Positions 38,476-50,915 of a DNA stretch of 64,000 bases are shown here, in pieces; positions within the stretch are counted from its first letter, which is position 1, and each line of letters starts with the position of its first letter. The position numbers and the translations under genes are program-made. The notes beneath the pieces are model-generated. The model saw only the letters and a program-made list of their open reading frames with translations, searched no databases and was not told the DNA's origin. The stretch comes from Eledone cirrhosa (Eukaryota): positions 31,558,001 through 31,622,000 of the forward strand of contig OZ024759.1 in the NCBI GenBank assembly GCA_964016885.1, written 5' to 3'.

Positions 38476-40230
38476 GGGCTAGAGAGAATGGATGAAATAG
38501 GTAGAACAAATAAAAGGGACAGAAGTGGGCATACTTTCTACATTGATGCCGAATGAGTCAGAGTGAGGAAGAGAGATGTTAAAGAGAGAGGGGTCAAAGA
38601 AATAGTTTTTACAATAAACCTCTTAACCCTAACTAGATCCCAGTCCCACCAAAAGCTACATACAAGGATGTATTTGATCCCTCGAATCTCCTTCCCCTAA
38701 AAATTAAATTAGTATAGTGTGATACTGAAGTGTGCAACACAATGAAACATTCCAGTTGGAAAAGATTTTTAATGTGCCTTTTTTCCCATGTGTTGTATAG
38801 AGTGTGTATTGTATGTTAAATTGTGAATGTGTTGTGTCCTTTCATTTCACTGTTTATCAAGTCCTGGAGTTCTTTATATATATATATATATATATAAAAT
38901 ACAATTGTCTTTTTTTTCTTTCTCTTCTCTCTTTCTTTCTCTCACTCACTCACTCACTCTTGGGTTTTCTTAAACAATTTATGCTGCACAAATGTTTGCA
39001 TATTTGAAGGAATTTGGCTTAGTGTGAACATTTTCTCAAGCAGTTTAGGAATTTGCTAGAAATGGTAGGTAGTAGGAGTGTTGTTCATTGTTGTGGTGGT
39101 GGTGGTGGTGGTTCTTGTTTATTTGTTTGCGTATGTGTGTGCAATGGTACAACGTACAGGAGATGCTTGCTTATCTCTCCTCTCTGTCTCTTTTCTATTG
39201 TAAGTTGCTGTAGTAGAGTTGATGGTGGTAGCGGTGGTTCATAAGTGCTATGTGTTTTGTTTTTTTTATCAAAGATGGTTGTAGCTGTAATAATTGTGTT
39301 GTTGGTGATGGTGGTAGTAGTAGTTGTAGTGGTGGTGGTGGTGGTAGTGATGGTCATTCATAAATGATACATTTTCCTTTTTCATCAAAACATTGCAGTT
39401 GTGTTGGTAGTGGTGGTAATATCCCTGGTGTTGGTGGTGTTAGTAGTAGTGGTGGTGGTGGTAGTGGTGGTCCTGGTGTTGGTAGTAGTCTTGGTGTTGG
39501 TGGTGGTAGCCCTGGTGTTGGTAGTAGAAGTAGTAGTCCTGGTGTTGTTGGTGGTAATAGTAATAGTAGTAGTAGTAGTAATAATAGCAATGGTGGTGGT
39601 GGTAGTAATAATAATAGAAGTAGTGGTAGTAGTGATAGTAACAATAGTAGTAGCAGTAGTAGTGATAGTAGTCCTGGTGTTGCTGATAGTAGTAGTAGTA
39701 GTAGCAACAGGAAGGGGGAGGGTGGGCTGCCTTTACAGTGAGAGTAGGAGTAAAGAAGAGGAAGCCTAACGTGAGTGACACTCAACACTCACTATACAGT
39801 GTCCAACATTCCTCTGGTATGAAAGGTGGGGGTGGAGGATGTGAGGAGTGTGACATGAGAGAGACCCCCTCCCTCCATCACACAACATATTTCCAGTGGA
39901 GGTGTGGGGGGGGGGGGGATAAGATTAAAGAGAGAGAGAAGCATGAGAACCCCTACCCCCACCTCCACACACTACAACATATTTCCCAACATGCATCATT
40001 TACAGTGAAGAAACGTAGAAGGAGGAGGATGATAAGGAAATGTTGACATGAGTGACACTCGAACACTCATTCAGACTCGACGTAGCATGTTTCCAATGTC
40101 CAGCAACATTCATAATGACAGGAGAGAGGGGGGGGGGGGGGGGGGGTACAACTCCTCTTACTCTCAATCACACTTAAAACACTACAATGTCCACTCAGGA
40201 CGGGTGAGAGGATGACAACGGAAGAAATGA

Positions 40231-40590
40231 GACCCTCTTACACTCACACTCAACACAATATGTCCGTCAATTGTAGTGAAAGGATGAAGGAGAAGCGAGA
40301 CATGAGTGGGACCCTCTTACTCTCACTCATACTCAACAGTATGACCGTCAATTGTAGTGAAAGGATGAAGGAGAAGTGAGACATGAGCGAGACCCTCTTA
40401 CTCTCACTCACACTCAACACAATATGTCCGTCAATTGTAGTGAAAGGATGAAGAAGTGAGACATGAGTGGGACCCTCTTACTCTCACTCACTCATACTCA
40501 ACACAGTATGACCGTCAATTGTAGCGAAAGGATAAAGAAGAAGTGAGATACGAGTGGGACCCTCTTACTCTCACTCATACTCAACACAAC
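40231..40590. repeat. ~80 bp tandem repeat downstream of the UBE2Q stop (probable 3' UTR)
   Basis: gaccctctta recurs near 40231, 40310, 40392, 40471, 40557. Confidence 0.85.
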
Positions 40591-40899
40591 ATATGCTCAA
40601 TGGTCAGTCTTGGTCTCCCATTCAACATCCAATAATAATTCCAAAAATGAGGGGGTAGGGGAAAAGACTAGAGGGAGGGTATGGGGCTTTCTCTCTGATT
40701 TCTTTTATTTGTTTTGCATTTTTCGGTGTTCATGTTGCGTGCCTGTGTGAGTGTGTGAATGTGTGGTTGGTGACAAGGAGGAAGAGGAAGTAGAGAGGAA
40801 AAAGAAGAAGAGGAGGAAGGGAGGGGGGGGGGGGGAGGAAGTGGAGAATGAATAAACAGAGGGGAAAGTTTGCATTTCTGCTACCAGTGTGTGGACTGC

Positions 40900-40931
40900 T
40901 TAACCGTCTTCTTTCGGTGGCGTGAACCAAC
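40900..40931 (-). CDS. UBE2Q: UBE2Q last coding exon with stop
   Basis: ttgttccag|(G)WFTPPKEDG-TAA; matches the conserved UBE2Q C-terminus GW(Y/F)TPPKEDG. Confidence 0.95.
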
Positions 40932-41361
40932 CTGGAACAAAATACAGAGAAAATATGGTAGAAAAATCTTCGACAAATTACATTTTGTTTCGTTTTTTTA
41001 AACTCTTAACAAGTTGTAATGATTTAGCAGAAAATATCTATAAAAGAAAAGAGGTTTGATAGTTTAGATGTCTATTAGTTATAGTATTATAGTAAAATAA
41101 GTTGTAGTAGTATTATAATAATAATTGTTTCTACTTTTGACACAAGGCCAGCAAATACCCAGTGTATTACTGGTACTTTATTTTATCGACCCCGTAAAGA
41201 TGAAGGGCAAAGTTAACCTCGGCGGGATTTGAACTCAGAATGGCAAGGGCCGTAACTATGCGTCAAAGCATGGCGTCCGACCCTCTACCGATATTGCCAA
41301 TCCACCACCCTATAATAATAATAATGATTTCTTTATTATATATATATATATAATAATAATA

Positions 41362-41752
41362 ATAATGAAATTATTGTGTACAGTGCTCAGCTGCACTACA
41401 ACTCATCAAAGGTGCATGTATAGTACATAGAATAATGTACAATTGTCAAGAAAATGAACAGTGTATGGGTCATGAAATACATGTGTGCGTGTGTATGGAG
41501 CGGGGACATCAGGTGCAGCGTTGGGGACATCAGGTGTACTGTTGGCAAATCTCAGGAAGCATGGCTGTTTTAAAGGATGCGGTGTCCCAGCAGCTAACAA
41601 CCGATGCAAGTAGTTTGTTCCATGCTTCAGCGACTGAATGTGAAAATATGTTTCCAAAAGTCATGGGAGCTGTGCTGTTTTCTGACTTTGTAGGCATGTC
41701 CACAGGTGTTAGACATGTGGAAATCAAAAAAGTGCTGAGGGTTGTTGGCAGT
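41362..41752 (-). mobile_element. CR1 LINE 3' fragment in the last UBE2Q intron
   Basis: VAEAWNKLLASVVSCWDTASFK plus CR1 tail, homologous to 32060-32420. Confidence 0.85.
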
Positions 41753-41995
41753 AAAAACTAATATTTAATGTAACGAAGTCATAGTATTGTTTTGTACTTT
41801 TCAAGAATGTCTTGTAAAATTTAGTATGTTAATTCAAATGTTTCTAGTACCTTTACTGGTAGACAGATTGTTAAAATTTGTAGTAGTAAAGATTAATAAT
41901 CAATGTGTAGTAGACATATCATTAAAAGAGTACTGATACATTACGAAGATGTATTGACACAGATTACGAAGGAGTACAAAACCCAAAATACTAAC

Positions 41996-42062
41996 CATTT
42001 TTTTCATGAATTTGTACCAATGACTTGAATGTCTGCTGAGCTCTAGCTAAGCTGTATTGATT
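41996..42062 (-). CDS. UBE2Q: UBE2Q coding exon
   Basis: ttttgtag|NQYSLARAQQTFKSLVQIHEKN|gttagt; 67 nt, phase 0/1. Confidence 0.95.
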
Positions 42063-42166
42063 CTACAAAAGAAACAGTCAAGTTAAAAGAATTCACATTC
42101 ACCCCGTATCATATTACAGAAATAAGTAGTGTCATTTGTCCCTCTTAAACAACTTGAGGCACAGCA

Positions 42167-42593
42167 TAATGGTTAAACAACATGACCCAGTGTAGTGGTT
42201 AAACAACATGACCCAGTGTAATGGTTAAACAACATGACCCAGTGTAATGGTTAAACAACATGACCCAGTGTAATGGTTAAACAACATGACCCAGTGTAAT
42301 GGTTAAACAACATGACCCAGTGTAGTGGTTAAACAACATGACCCAGTGTAGTGGTTAAACAACATGACCCAGTGTAATGGTTAAACAACATGACCCAGTG
42401 TAATGGTTAAACAACATGACCCAGTGTAATGGTTAAACAACATGACCCAGTATAATGGTTAAACATGCCCCAGTGTAATGGTTCAACAACATGACCCAGT
42501 GTAGTGGTTAAACAACATGACCCAGTGTAATGGTTAAACAACATGACCCAGTGTAATGGTTAAACAACATGACCCAGTGTAGTGGTTAAACAA
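42167..42593. repeat. 26-bp minisatellite, ~16 copies, intronic
   Basis: (ggttaaacaacatgacccagtgtaRt)n. Confidence 0.95.
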
Positions 42594-42867
42594 AGATGAG
42601 CAGTATTGTTGTTTGACCTCTACTGGTTTCAACAATAACTATACCAGTTGTTTGAACAAGAGAGGTATGAGAACCTTCCATTTGTGTAATTCTCAGGAAG
42701 ATTCAGCATGTCTCAGTGTGTGACAAGCCTGGCTCTTTCAATTATAGAGAGAGCGCGAGCCAGAGAAAGAGAGAAAAAGCGAGTGAGCAAGCCAGAGAGA
42801 GAAAACAAGCTAGAGAAACAGAGAGGGGGGGGGATGGGATCAGTAAAAAGTAAAGTTAGTGACTTAC

Positions 42868-42963
42868 TTTTGAAGCTGAAAAGTTTATTCGAGCCTTTCC
42901 CTTAACCAAAGTAGCAGATATTTGTAGTATGACAGATTCTATACTGTAGGCACTGCTCCACCC
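42868..42963 (-). CDS. UBE2Q: UBE2Q coding exon
   Basis: ttgcag|[32 protein letters not shown]|gtaagt; 96 nt. Confidence 0.96.
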
Positions 42964-43402
42964 CTGCAATAATAATAATGGTTTCTGATTTAGACACAAG
43001 GCCAACAATTTTGGGGGGAGGGGAAAGCCGATTAAATTGACCCCAGTGCAATACTGGTACTTTGTTTTATCGACCCTGTAAGGATGAAAGGCAAATTAAC
43101 CTCAACAGGATTTGAACTCAGAACGTAAAGGGCCGTAACTATATGCTGCTAAGCATATTGTCCGACGCTCTACCGACAACAAAGAATAGCAATCAATAGC
43201 ATTTAGTTAGCAATTAATAGCATTCAATTAGCAATCAATAGCAACACCTATAAACTGAAATTAGCTAAAGTTGAAGGCTTCAGCTCTCCCATCAGAAGAA
43301 GGGAGGTAGGTGTAAAAATAATCATCACCACCATTTTAGCTATCATAGAAGTCTTTTAGAGAGTCACCTTGCTGTTTTTAGTTAAAGTCTTTCTTGAGAC
43401 TG

Positions 43403-43875
43403 TCAGTGGCCAGGTCACAAACTGGGACTATGACAGACTAGGTCATAAACAGCATGACGATGCCAGCTGTATGACGATGCCAGCTGTATGACGATGCCAG
43501 CTGTATGACGATGCCAGTGACCAGGTCACAAACAGGGAAAGTTGCAGTGACTAGGTCATAAACTGTGACTGTTTGACTATATCAGTGACCAGCTCATAAA
43601 CTGTGACTGTATGACTGTCAGAAACCAGGTCATAAACTGTGACTGTATAACTGTCAGTGATCAGGTCAGAAACAGTGGAACAGTTTCAGTGACTAGGTCA
43701 GAAACTGTGACTGTATGACTATATCAGTGACCAGGTCAGAAACTGACTGACAATGTCAGTGACCAGGTCAGAAACTGTGACTGTATAGCTATCAGTGTCC
43801 AGGTCACAAACAGTGTCAGTGGCTAGGTCAGACACTGTGACTGTATGACTATGTTAGTGACCAGGTCACAAACAG
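43403..43875. repeat. Irregular ~30-40 bp minisatellite, intronic
   Basis: Recurring cagtgaccaggtcaNaaactgtgactgtatgac with nested 18-bp atgacgatgccagctgt repeats. Confidence 0.85.
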
Positions 43876-43995
43876 CAGAATGACGAAAATGTTGACACCA
43901 AGAAATAAATATTAAATATTAAAATGAATTTGAGAGATAAAACAATATTACAAACAAACAAATAAAAGAGAAAACAACAACAAAATTCCACTGAC

Positions 43996-44103
43996 TTGTT
44001 TTGTGAGAAGTTCCATACAGATGGCTCCTCCACTGAGAACATACCCTCCTGAGATTACTGGGTTGATAACTCGTACAAATGGTGGATCAAACGGAAATGA
44101 ATC
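43996..44103 (-). CDS. UBE2Q: UBE2Q coding exon containing the catalytic Cys
   Basis: cctacag|[36 protein letters not shown]|gtcagt; 108 nt. Confidence 0.96.
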
Positions 44104-44399
44104 CTGTAGGGAAGAAAAATTATTATTATCATCATCATCATTTGGAGTAACGTTACTCGATAAAGTACATAGCTCGGAGATCAGAAAGTCACTCCAGGTA
44201 GAACCACTACTCTGAATTGAGAGATCACAGCTCCGATACTAGAGGCATGTGGTTAGAATGTCTCGGTAAAGAATTGCTGGTGAGTTGCTCCAGGTAGAGC
44301 TGTTACTTCTAAAATCTACTGTTTTTAAATATTAGAGAGAGAGAGAGAGAGAGAAACTGTGTCTCAGAGGGATAGAATGTAGTGTGAGAGAGAGAGGAG

Positions 44400-44656
44400 A
44401 CTGAGGTGGTATGGACATGTGATGCGCATGGAGGATGACCGATGGGTGAAGAAGTGCCAGAAAATGCCAGTTGAAGGAAGACGTGGTAGAGGTAGACCAC
44501 GAAAAACATGGGCGGAGGTGGTGAGAACAGACCTCAGATCGCTGAAGCTCACGGTGGAGATGACGAAGGACCGTGACAAGTGGAGAGATGCTGTGCTGAA
44601 TAAGACCCGTCCCACTCTTGCAAACAGGGAAAAGCTGACGTAAAATGATGATGATG
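44400..44656 (+). mobile_element. RTE LINE 3' fragment
   Basis: RLRWYGHVMRMEDDRWVKKC...GRPRKTWAEVV...DRDKWR. Confidence 0.85.
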
Positions 44657-44934
44657 ATATATATATATATATATTTTTCATTTTCATTTCATTTCATTTT
44701 ACGTCCGTTTTTCGCTGCTTGCAAGGGTGGGACGGGAACTGATTCTGGCTTGATTTCTACAGCTGGATGCCCTTCCTAACACCAACCTCATTTACAGTGA
44801 GTGCTGGGTGCTTTTTTGCTGTGGCACCTCCACGACCACTTTGAGGTGGAATGATAGGGACCCCAGTCCCTCTCATCTCATTTCTACAGCTGAGTATTTT
44901 ATATATATATATAAAAAATGCAGAAACATCTTAC

Positions 44935-45025
44935 CTTAAATGTAAAATTTAATAGAATATGATCCCGCCCTTCTTTTTCTTTAAATGTTATAAGATCTGC
45001 ATGTAAAGGGCTGTCCTGATCCACT
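44935..45025 (-). CDS. UBE2Q: UBE2Q coding exon
   Basis: ttcag|[30 protein letters not shown]|gtaaga; 91 nt, phase 2/0. Confidence 0.95.
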
Positions 45026-45389
45026 CTGAAATATCAAATTAATAATAATAATAATAATAACTGTTTCAACATTTGGCACAAGGTCAACAATTTTGGGGGA
45101 GGAGAAAGTCGATTAAATTGACCCCAGTACTTGACTGGTACATTATTTTATTAACCCTCATAAAGATGAAAGGCAGAGCTAACCTCACCAGGATTTGAAC
45201 TCAGAACATAAGCAATCGCAATTATATGCCGCAAAGTATGTCTGATGTTCTACCGATAATGGCTTTCAAATTAGTAATAATAATAATTCTAAGGTCAGAA
45301 AATTGGGGGAAAAGGAAAGTTGATTATATCAACCTCAGTGCGTTACTGGTACTTTATTTTATTGACCCCGTCAGGATGAACAGGGGCAT

Positions 45390-45980
45390 CTGAACTGGGT
45401 TCTTTTTGTCATGGCACCAGTACAACCACCTTACAGGGTAGGCTGGAAGCTTTTTGTTATAGTACCAGTACAACCACCTTACAGAGTGAACTGGGTGCTT
45501 TTTGTCATGGTACCAGTACAATCACCTTACAAGGTAGACAGTGCTTTTAATGATAGTACCAGTACAACCACCTTACAGAGTGAACTGGGTGCTTTTTGTC
45601 ATGGTACCAGTACAATCACCTTACAAGGTAGACAGTGCTTTTAATGATAGTACCAGTACAACCACCTTACCGAGTGAACTGGGTGCTTTTTGTCATGGCA
45701 CCAGTACAATCACCTTACAAGGTAGACAGTGCTTTTAATGATAGTACCAGTACAACCACCTTACAGAGTGAACTGGGTGCTTTTTGTTGTGACACCAGCA
45801 CTACCATCTTAGAGGATAGACTGGGTGTTTTTTCATCGTAGCAGCAGTACAACCACCTAACAGGATGGACTAGGAGCTTTTTGTCATGGTACCAGAACAA
45901 CCACCTTATGAGGTAGACTGGGTGTTTTTTGTTGTGACACCTGAATAACCACTTTACAGGGCGGACTGGGTGTTTTATGT
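45390..45980. repeat. 94-bp (2 x ~47) tandem repeat resembling the RTE 3' UTR motif
   Basis: gtgaactgggtgctttttgtcatggtaccagtacaatcaccttacaagg units; similar to acagtgagtgctgggtgctttttt..gtggcacc in RTE tails. Confidence 0.8.
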
Positions 45981-46035
45981 AATAAGTAGCAAGTTAATAT
46001 GTAATAAGTAAAAAGATGAAATAAGTTCTACTTAC

Positions 46036-46096
46036 TTGAATAATTTAACATTCCATTCATACAAACATTCATTGACTAGCTCTATAATGTAGATAG
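46036..46096 (-). CDS. UBE2Q: UBE2Q coding exon
   Basis: ttttccag|(A)IYIIELVNECLYEWNVKLF(K)|gtaagt; 61 nt, phase 1/2. Confidence 0.94.
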
Positions 46097-46557
46097 CTGG
46101 AAAATAGAAATATAATAATAATAAGGAAATTATTGTGTACAGTGTTCAGGTGCACTACAACTCATCAAAGGTGTATGTATAGTACATAGAATAATGTACA
46201 AATGTCAGGAAAATGAACAGTGTACGAGTCATGAAATACATATATTTATATTGACTAACTGTATAATATATATATATACACACCGATACAAGAGCTACAC
46301 AGTATCTGTGTGTTGTAAGAAGTGACAAAAAGAATTAGTGTATATGTGTGTGTGTGTGTGTGGATAGACAATATATATGCTGTGTGTATCCAGTTTAGAA
46401 TAGGTACACTGACGTGTGTGTTGTAAGAGGTGACTAGAAGGATCAGTACCAAGAAGAGAACCCGGCTGTAAAACATTACCAGCATGAACAACAACCGTGA
46501 AACAGTGATGGTCTTAGCGATGATGATGCTGGTTATAAAATAGTGTTCCAAACTTAC

Positions 46558-46642
46558 CCTTTTTGTAGCTTTCCGATCGATATATCTCCCTCAATTCTTT
46601 CATCAACCGATCTGTTGCTTGTACTGAGCCACAAACATTGCC
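46558..46642 (-). CDS. UBE2Q: UBE2Q coding exon (start of UBC domain)
   Basis: ttcag|[28 protein letters not shown]|gtaagt; 85 nt; [14 protein letters not shown] is diagnostic for UBE2Q. Confidence 0.96.
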
Positions 46643-46681
46643 CTGAATATCAAATGCAAAAGAATATGAATATAAATATAG

Positions 46682-46741
<60 letters not shown>

Positions 46742-46903
46742 CATCAATTAACGTCCATCTTCCACGCTAGCATGGGTTAGACGTGTGAATGAATACATAT
46801 ATATATATACATCTATATGCATACATATATATACATATATATAGATGTAGATTTAACACTTCACTGGTCGCAAGTGTTTTTTAAGCTTCATATCATGTCT
46901 CCC

Positions 46904-46968
46904 TATTTTATCTGATGAGAACGCAAATATCCCAGGATATTTGTTTTTGAAATGCGCATAATAAAATA
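46904..46968 (+). ncRNA. Minimal type-I hammerhead ribozyme motif, antisense in a UBE2Q intron
   Basis: tattttat-CUGAUGA-gaacgcaaatatcc/ggatatttgttttt-GAAA-TGCGCA-TA-ataaaata; same family as 312-382 with a different but still pairing stem II. Confidence 0.72.
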
Positions 46969-47637
46969 CATGGAACTCTTTTAACCATCTTTCGATCTTC
47001 TATTATATATATATATATATATATACATATATACTATAAATGTGGTTGGTGTTAGGAAGGGCATCCAGCCATAGAAAACCTGCCAGATAGTCCTATATGA
47101 GTGAGACACTGTCACCCGACCAACCTTGCCTCAAGTGGGACAACTCCCGTCTAACCCATGCTAGCGTGGAAGATGGACGTTAAACGAAGATGATGATATA
47201 CATGCCAACACAAGAGCAAGAATGGCGGGGTCATTCTACTGACATGGCTTTAAAGAGTCTGCTTGCATAATTGCTAACGAATCAAATATTATTATTAATA
47301 TTCAAAAAACTCAGATTACATTTATATTTATATATATATATACAGAACAAAGGAGAGGCACAAAAACAAAGAAAAGAATCCCCAGTCACTGAAGAGGTCA
47401 CAGAATGTGTGACGAAAGAACGTTGACAATATATAAACAACTATCTGGTTGTGGAACCAACCAACCAAAAATTTATAGATTTATAAATTCCTAAATTTAT
47501 AAATTTATTATAATAAATTGAAGTGAAAGCAACTGGTGCGAGTTTCTTAGTGGCAACATGACCCTCCCAAAGTATAACAATATCGGTTTCAACACATGGT
47601 TTCAGATAAAGAATCTCGCTAAACAAATTCAGAAACG

Positions 47638-47671
<34 letters not shown>

Positions 47672-48215
47672 TTCCCTTATATGTATTGCTCCCTATTTGG
47701 TGAGCTGTTTAATATGTTGAGAGGTTGTACTGCTATTTCTAGTGGACGAGAACCCTTTCATGTCGTTGCGGGTGCTAAATTCATATTCACTCCATGTTTG
47801 TTTTTAGCCACTTTCAAAACTGTATCGATAAAGGTTGGTTATTTTGGAATTCCCTCACTGACGATCCGTTTCTAAACACCCAATTTTGCTGTTATTTGGG
47901 GAAATGTATTCTGATTTTATGGTGGATACATATGAAGGAAATATATTGATCATTATCAGGTGTTTTGTTTTAATTTTTATTAATTTTAATAAGATATTCT
48001 ACGAATTAAGTAATCTTGCATTCAGTACAGATTGTTTAGTCTTTAAGTTTTGCTATATCTTAGTACACGCTTAAGTGTGTATGAATATATTTCATTAACT
48101 TTCTTATAATTGCTTATGGCTCGATTTTATTATCTTGAGCTGTTTTTAGAGACAAGACATATGTTTGATTTGGTATCAATCATGACATCCTTTACTTTGA
48201 ATGTAATATAATAAT

Positions 48216-48246
<31 letters not shown>

Positions 48247-48314
48247 TAGAGAGGTAGAACACTGGAAGGTAATATCCGTAGTGGTAGAGACCTCAGTCCA
48301 TGGGACGAGTTAGG

Positions 48315-48400
48315 TAGAAGTGGGAACACAACAGTTAGTTCACCATACCGAGAACAATTGTTCTCAGTATGATGAACTAACTGTTGTGTTCCCACTTCTA
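48315..48400. repeat. 86-bp palindrome
   Basis: 43-bp arms, 2 mismatches, centre aacaa|ttgtt. Confidence 0.9.
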
Positions 48401-48845
48401 TAATATATCATCATTTCATTTACGTCCGCTTTTCCCTGCTTGCAAGAGTGGGATGGGAACTGATTCTGGCTTGATTTCTACAGCTGGATGCCCTTCCTAA
48501 CACCAACCTCATTTACAGTGAGTGCTGGGTGCTTTTTTGCCGTGGCACCTCCACGACCACTTTGCAGTGGAAAGATAGGGACCCCATTCCCTATCATCTC
48601 ATTTCTGCAGCTGAGTAAACTGGAGCAATGTGAAATAAAGTGTCTTGCTCAAGGAAACAACACATCACCCGGTCCGAGAATTGAACTCACAACCTTTCGA
48701 TTGCAAGGCCAATGCTCTAACCACTAAGCCATGTACTGAAATATCCAGTTCTGCGTTTACAGATTGACTTTGTTAGTTTCAGAAGATCCCGTTAAGGGTG
48801 AAAGCAGCGATTCTTTGCTTAAACTTTAATCTGTTATTTTAATAA

Positions 48846-48880
<35 letters not shown>

Positions 48881-49035
48881 AAATACTGTGTTTCTCTAAC
48901 GTTATATGGGGGATATTTGAAGACAGAGTGGAAGTGAGTCGGAACAGATACCTGCAAAACATGCCATCCGATATGCTCACAACTCTGCTGATCCACCACC
49001 TTCTAATGAGGAATATAAATTAATATTTAACGAAC

Positions 49036-49132
49036 CTTGAGATAGTCTTGCCTCTGGTTCTGTTTTAACTTCTCCAACACCACTAAGTTTCCTGCATCTA
49101 TCCCATCAATATCATCTTTGCTTTTGGTTTCA
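49036..49132 (-). CDS. UBE2Q: UBE2Q coding exon
   Basis: ttttgtag|ETKSKDDIDGIDAGNLVVLEKLKQNQRQDYLK|gttcgt; 97 nt, phase 2/0. Confidence 0.93.
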
Positions 49133-49696
49133 CTACAAAACAAACAGAAAAATATTAATACTATTACAGACCAACAATATTTAGAAATGGAATTTATTAA
49201 CTCTTTCATTGACATATTTCTAATGAAAGACACTGCCTGTAGTTTTCTGTAAATATTTAGTGAAATACCTCATTATTGGTGAATTGGCAGTATCGGTAGA
49301 GGGTCGGACATGCTTTCCGTCATAGTTACGTCCCTTTACGATCCAAGTTCAAATCCCGCCAAGGTTAACTTTGCCTTTCATCTTTACGGGGTCGATAAAA
49401 TAAAGTACTAGTAATGTACTGGGTAATTGATGGCCTTGTGCCAAAAGTAGAAACAATTATTAATGTGGTGTTTGGAACATAACTCTTTTAGAATTTAAAA
49501 CGGCCATATCCGGCCAGAATTCTCTCTGCTGGAAAGGAACATTTGGAGAAGTATAATTATCACCGTTGTCCAAAGAAACTTGACAAGATAATGATGATAG
49601 AAATACAGGTGGTTTCAGGCAGTTTTCTTATGATAAGGGTTAAAGTGTACCAAAGCTGTTAATACAAAGAATCCAGTTAAAAATGTTAAAACTCAC

Positions 49697-49779
49697 CCTG
49701 GAACTTCCTCTTCCATCTCATAATGGAATTCCTCTTCATCATCATCAGAATCTTCTCGATTTGATCGAATCGCTAGGTT
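49697..49779 (-). CDS. UBE2Q: UBE2Q coding exon (acidic linker)
   Basis: ttttcag|NLAIRSNREDSDDDEEEFHYEMEEEVP(G)|gtgagt; 83 nt, phase 0/2; HYEM motif as in UBE2Q. Confidence 0.9.
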
Positions 49780-50813
49780 CTGAAAAACAAAAATAAAAAA
49801 ATAAAATAAAATAAAATAAAAATCAATTTTAACCTCATTAATATCTCGTTGGGAAAAACATTTCTGTATCATTAATTAATAACCAACCATGTGTGTATGT
49901 GTCTTTGTCTGTGTCTTCATGTCGACACTTTAACTTTTAATATCCTGTACCACATGAAACAACATTAGCAAGACACTCTTAAAAAGTACAAAACAACACT
50001 GACTTCAGCACATTAAATATTGAAGTCTTTACTATAATACTATAAATGATCACTCCACTAGTGGAAGGAAAGACCGACAAGACCCCAGACATCATTTGTT
50101 TACTGAGTGGTGTGGAGATCGTTTAAATCGGACCAAGGAAACAATATTAAATTCTTTACTATATTACAACTTTACAATGCATCTTTACTATAATACTACA
50201 GCCTCATTAGCAAGATATTCTTGAAAAGTACAAAACAATACTATGACTTCATCACATTAAATATTAAAGTCTTTACTATAATACAACTTATTTACTATTA
50301 TACTAATAGACATCTGAACTACCAAACCTCTTTTGGTTATTTTGGATATTTTCTGCTCAATCATTACAGAACCTTAAGTGTTAACTAATGCAAGAAATGA
50401 AAAATATCAAATGAAAATTACAGCTTACACCTATTCAGGCTTAGTTCGCTTCCTACAATGTTGTACCTCATATAAGGTTTCTTGGGTGTTTTAATGATAA
50501 GGACCCTTAGTCCTGTCATAAAAAGCAATGCAATAAGAAGTATTTTTGTTTAATAACACAACACTCAACCCAGTCTAGCAATTGAACCCACAACTTTATG
50601 GACACGAGTCCAACACAACCACTAGGCCATGTGTTGCTTGGTCTAAGAATCGAGCCCACAACCTGTTGGTCACGAGTCCAACATCCAAACCACAAAGTCA
50701 TGTGTTGGTCAGTCTAATAATTGAGCCCATGACCCTATTGGCCATGAATCCGACACACTAACCACTAGACTAAATGTCATGACAATAGCAAATACTAGAT
50801 AAAGTTTGCTTAC

Positions 50814-50915
50814 CTTTGCTGCCAGATCTCTGTCAATATTTGTCACTTCAAAAGGAACTGGTACATTATGAAGAGAGCAAAGCTTCGTTAACAAGATTTT
50901 CACTTGATCTAATAT
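50814..50915 (-). CDS. UBE2Q: UBE2Q coding exon
   Basis: ttcag|ILDQVKILLTKLCSLHNVPVPFEVTNIDRDLAAK|gtaagc; 102 nt; resembles UBE2Q LICELCSLYNLP. Confidence 0.92.

Noticed and set aside
39354-39788. Gly/Ser-, Pro/Leu- and Tyr/His-rich ORFs
   Set aside because: Trinucleotide low-complexity sequence open in several frames
42167-42593. Short regular repeats as a CRISPR-like array
   Set aside because: Head-to-tail units with no unique spacers, eukaryotic intron, no cas genes; the same applies to the other arrays
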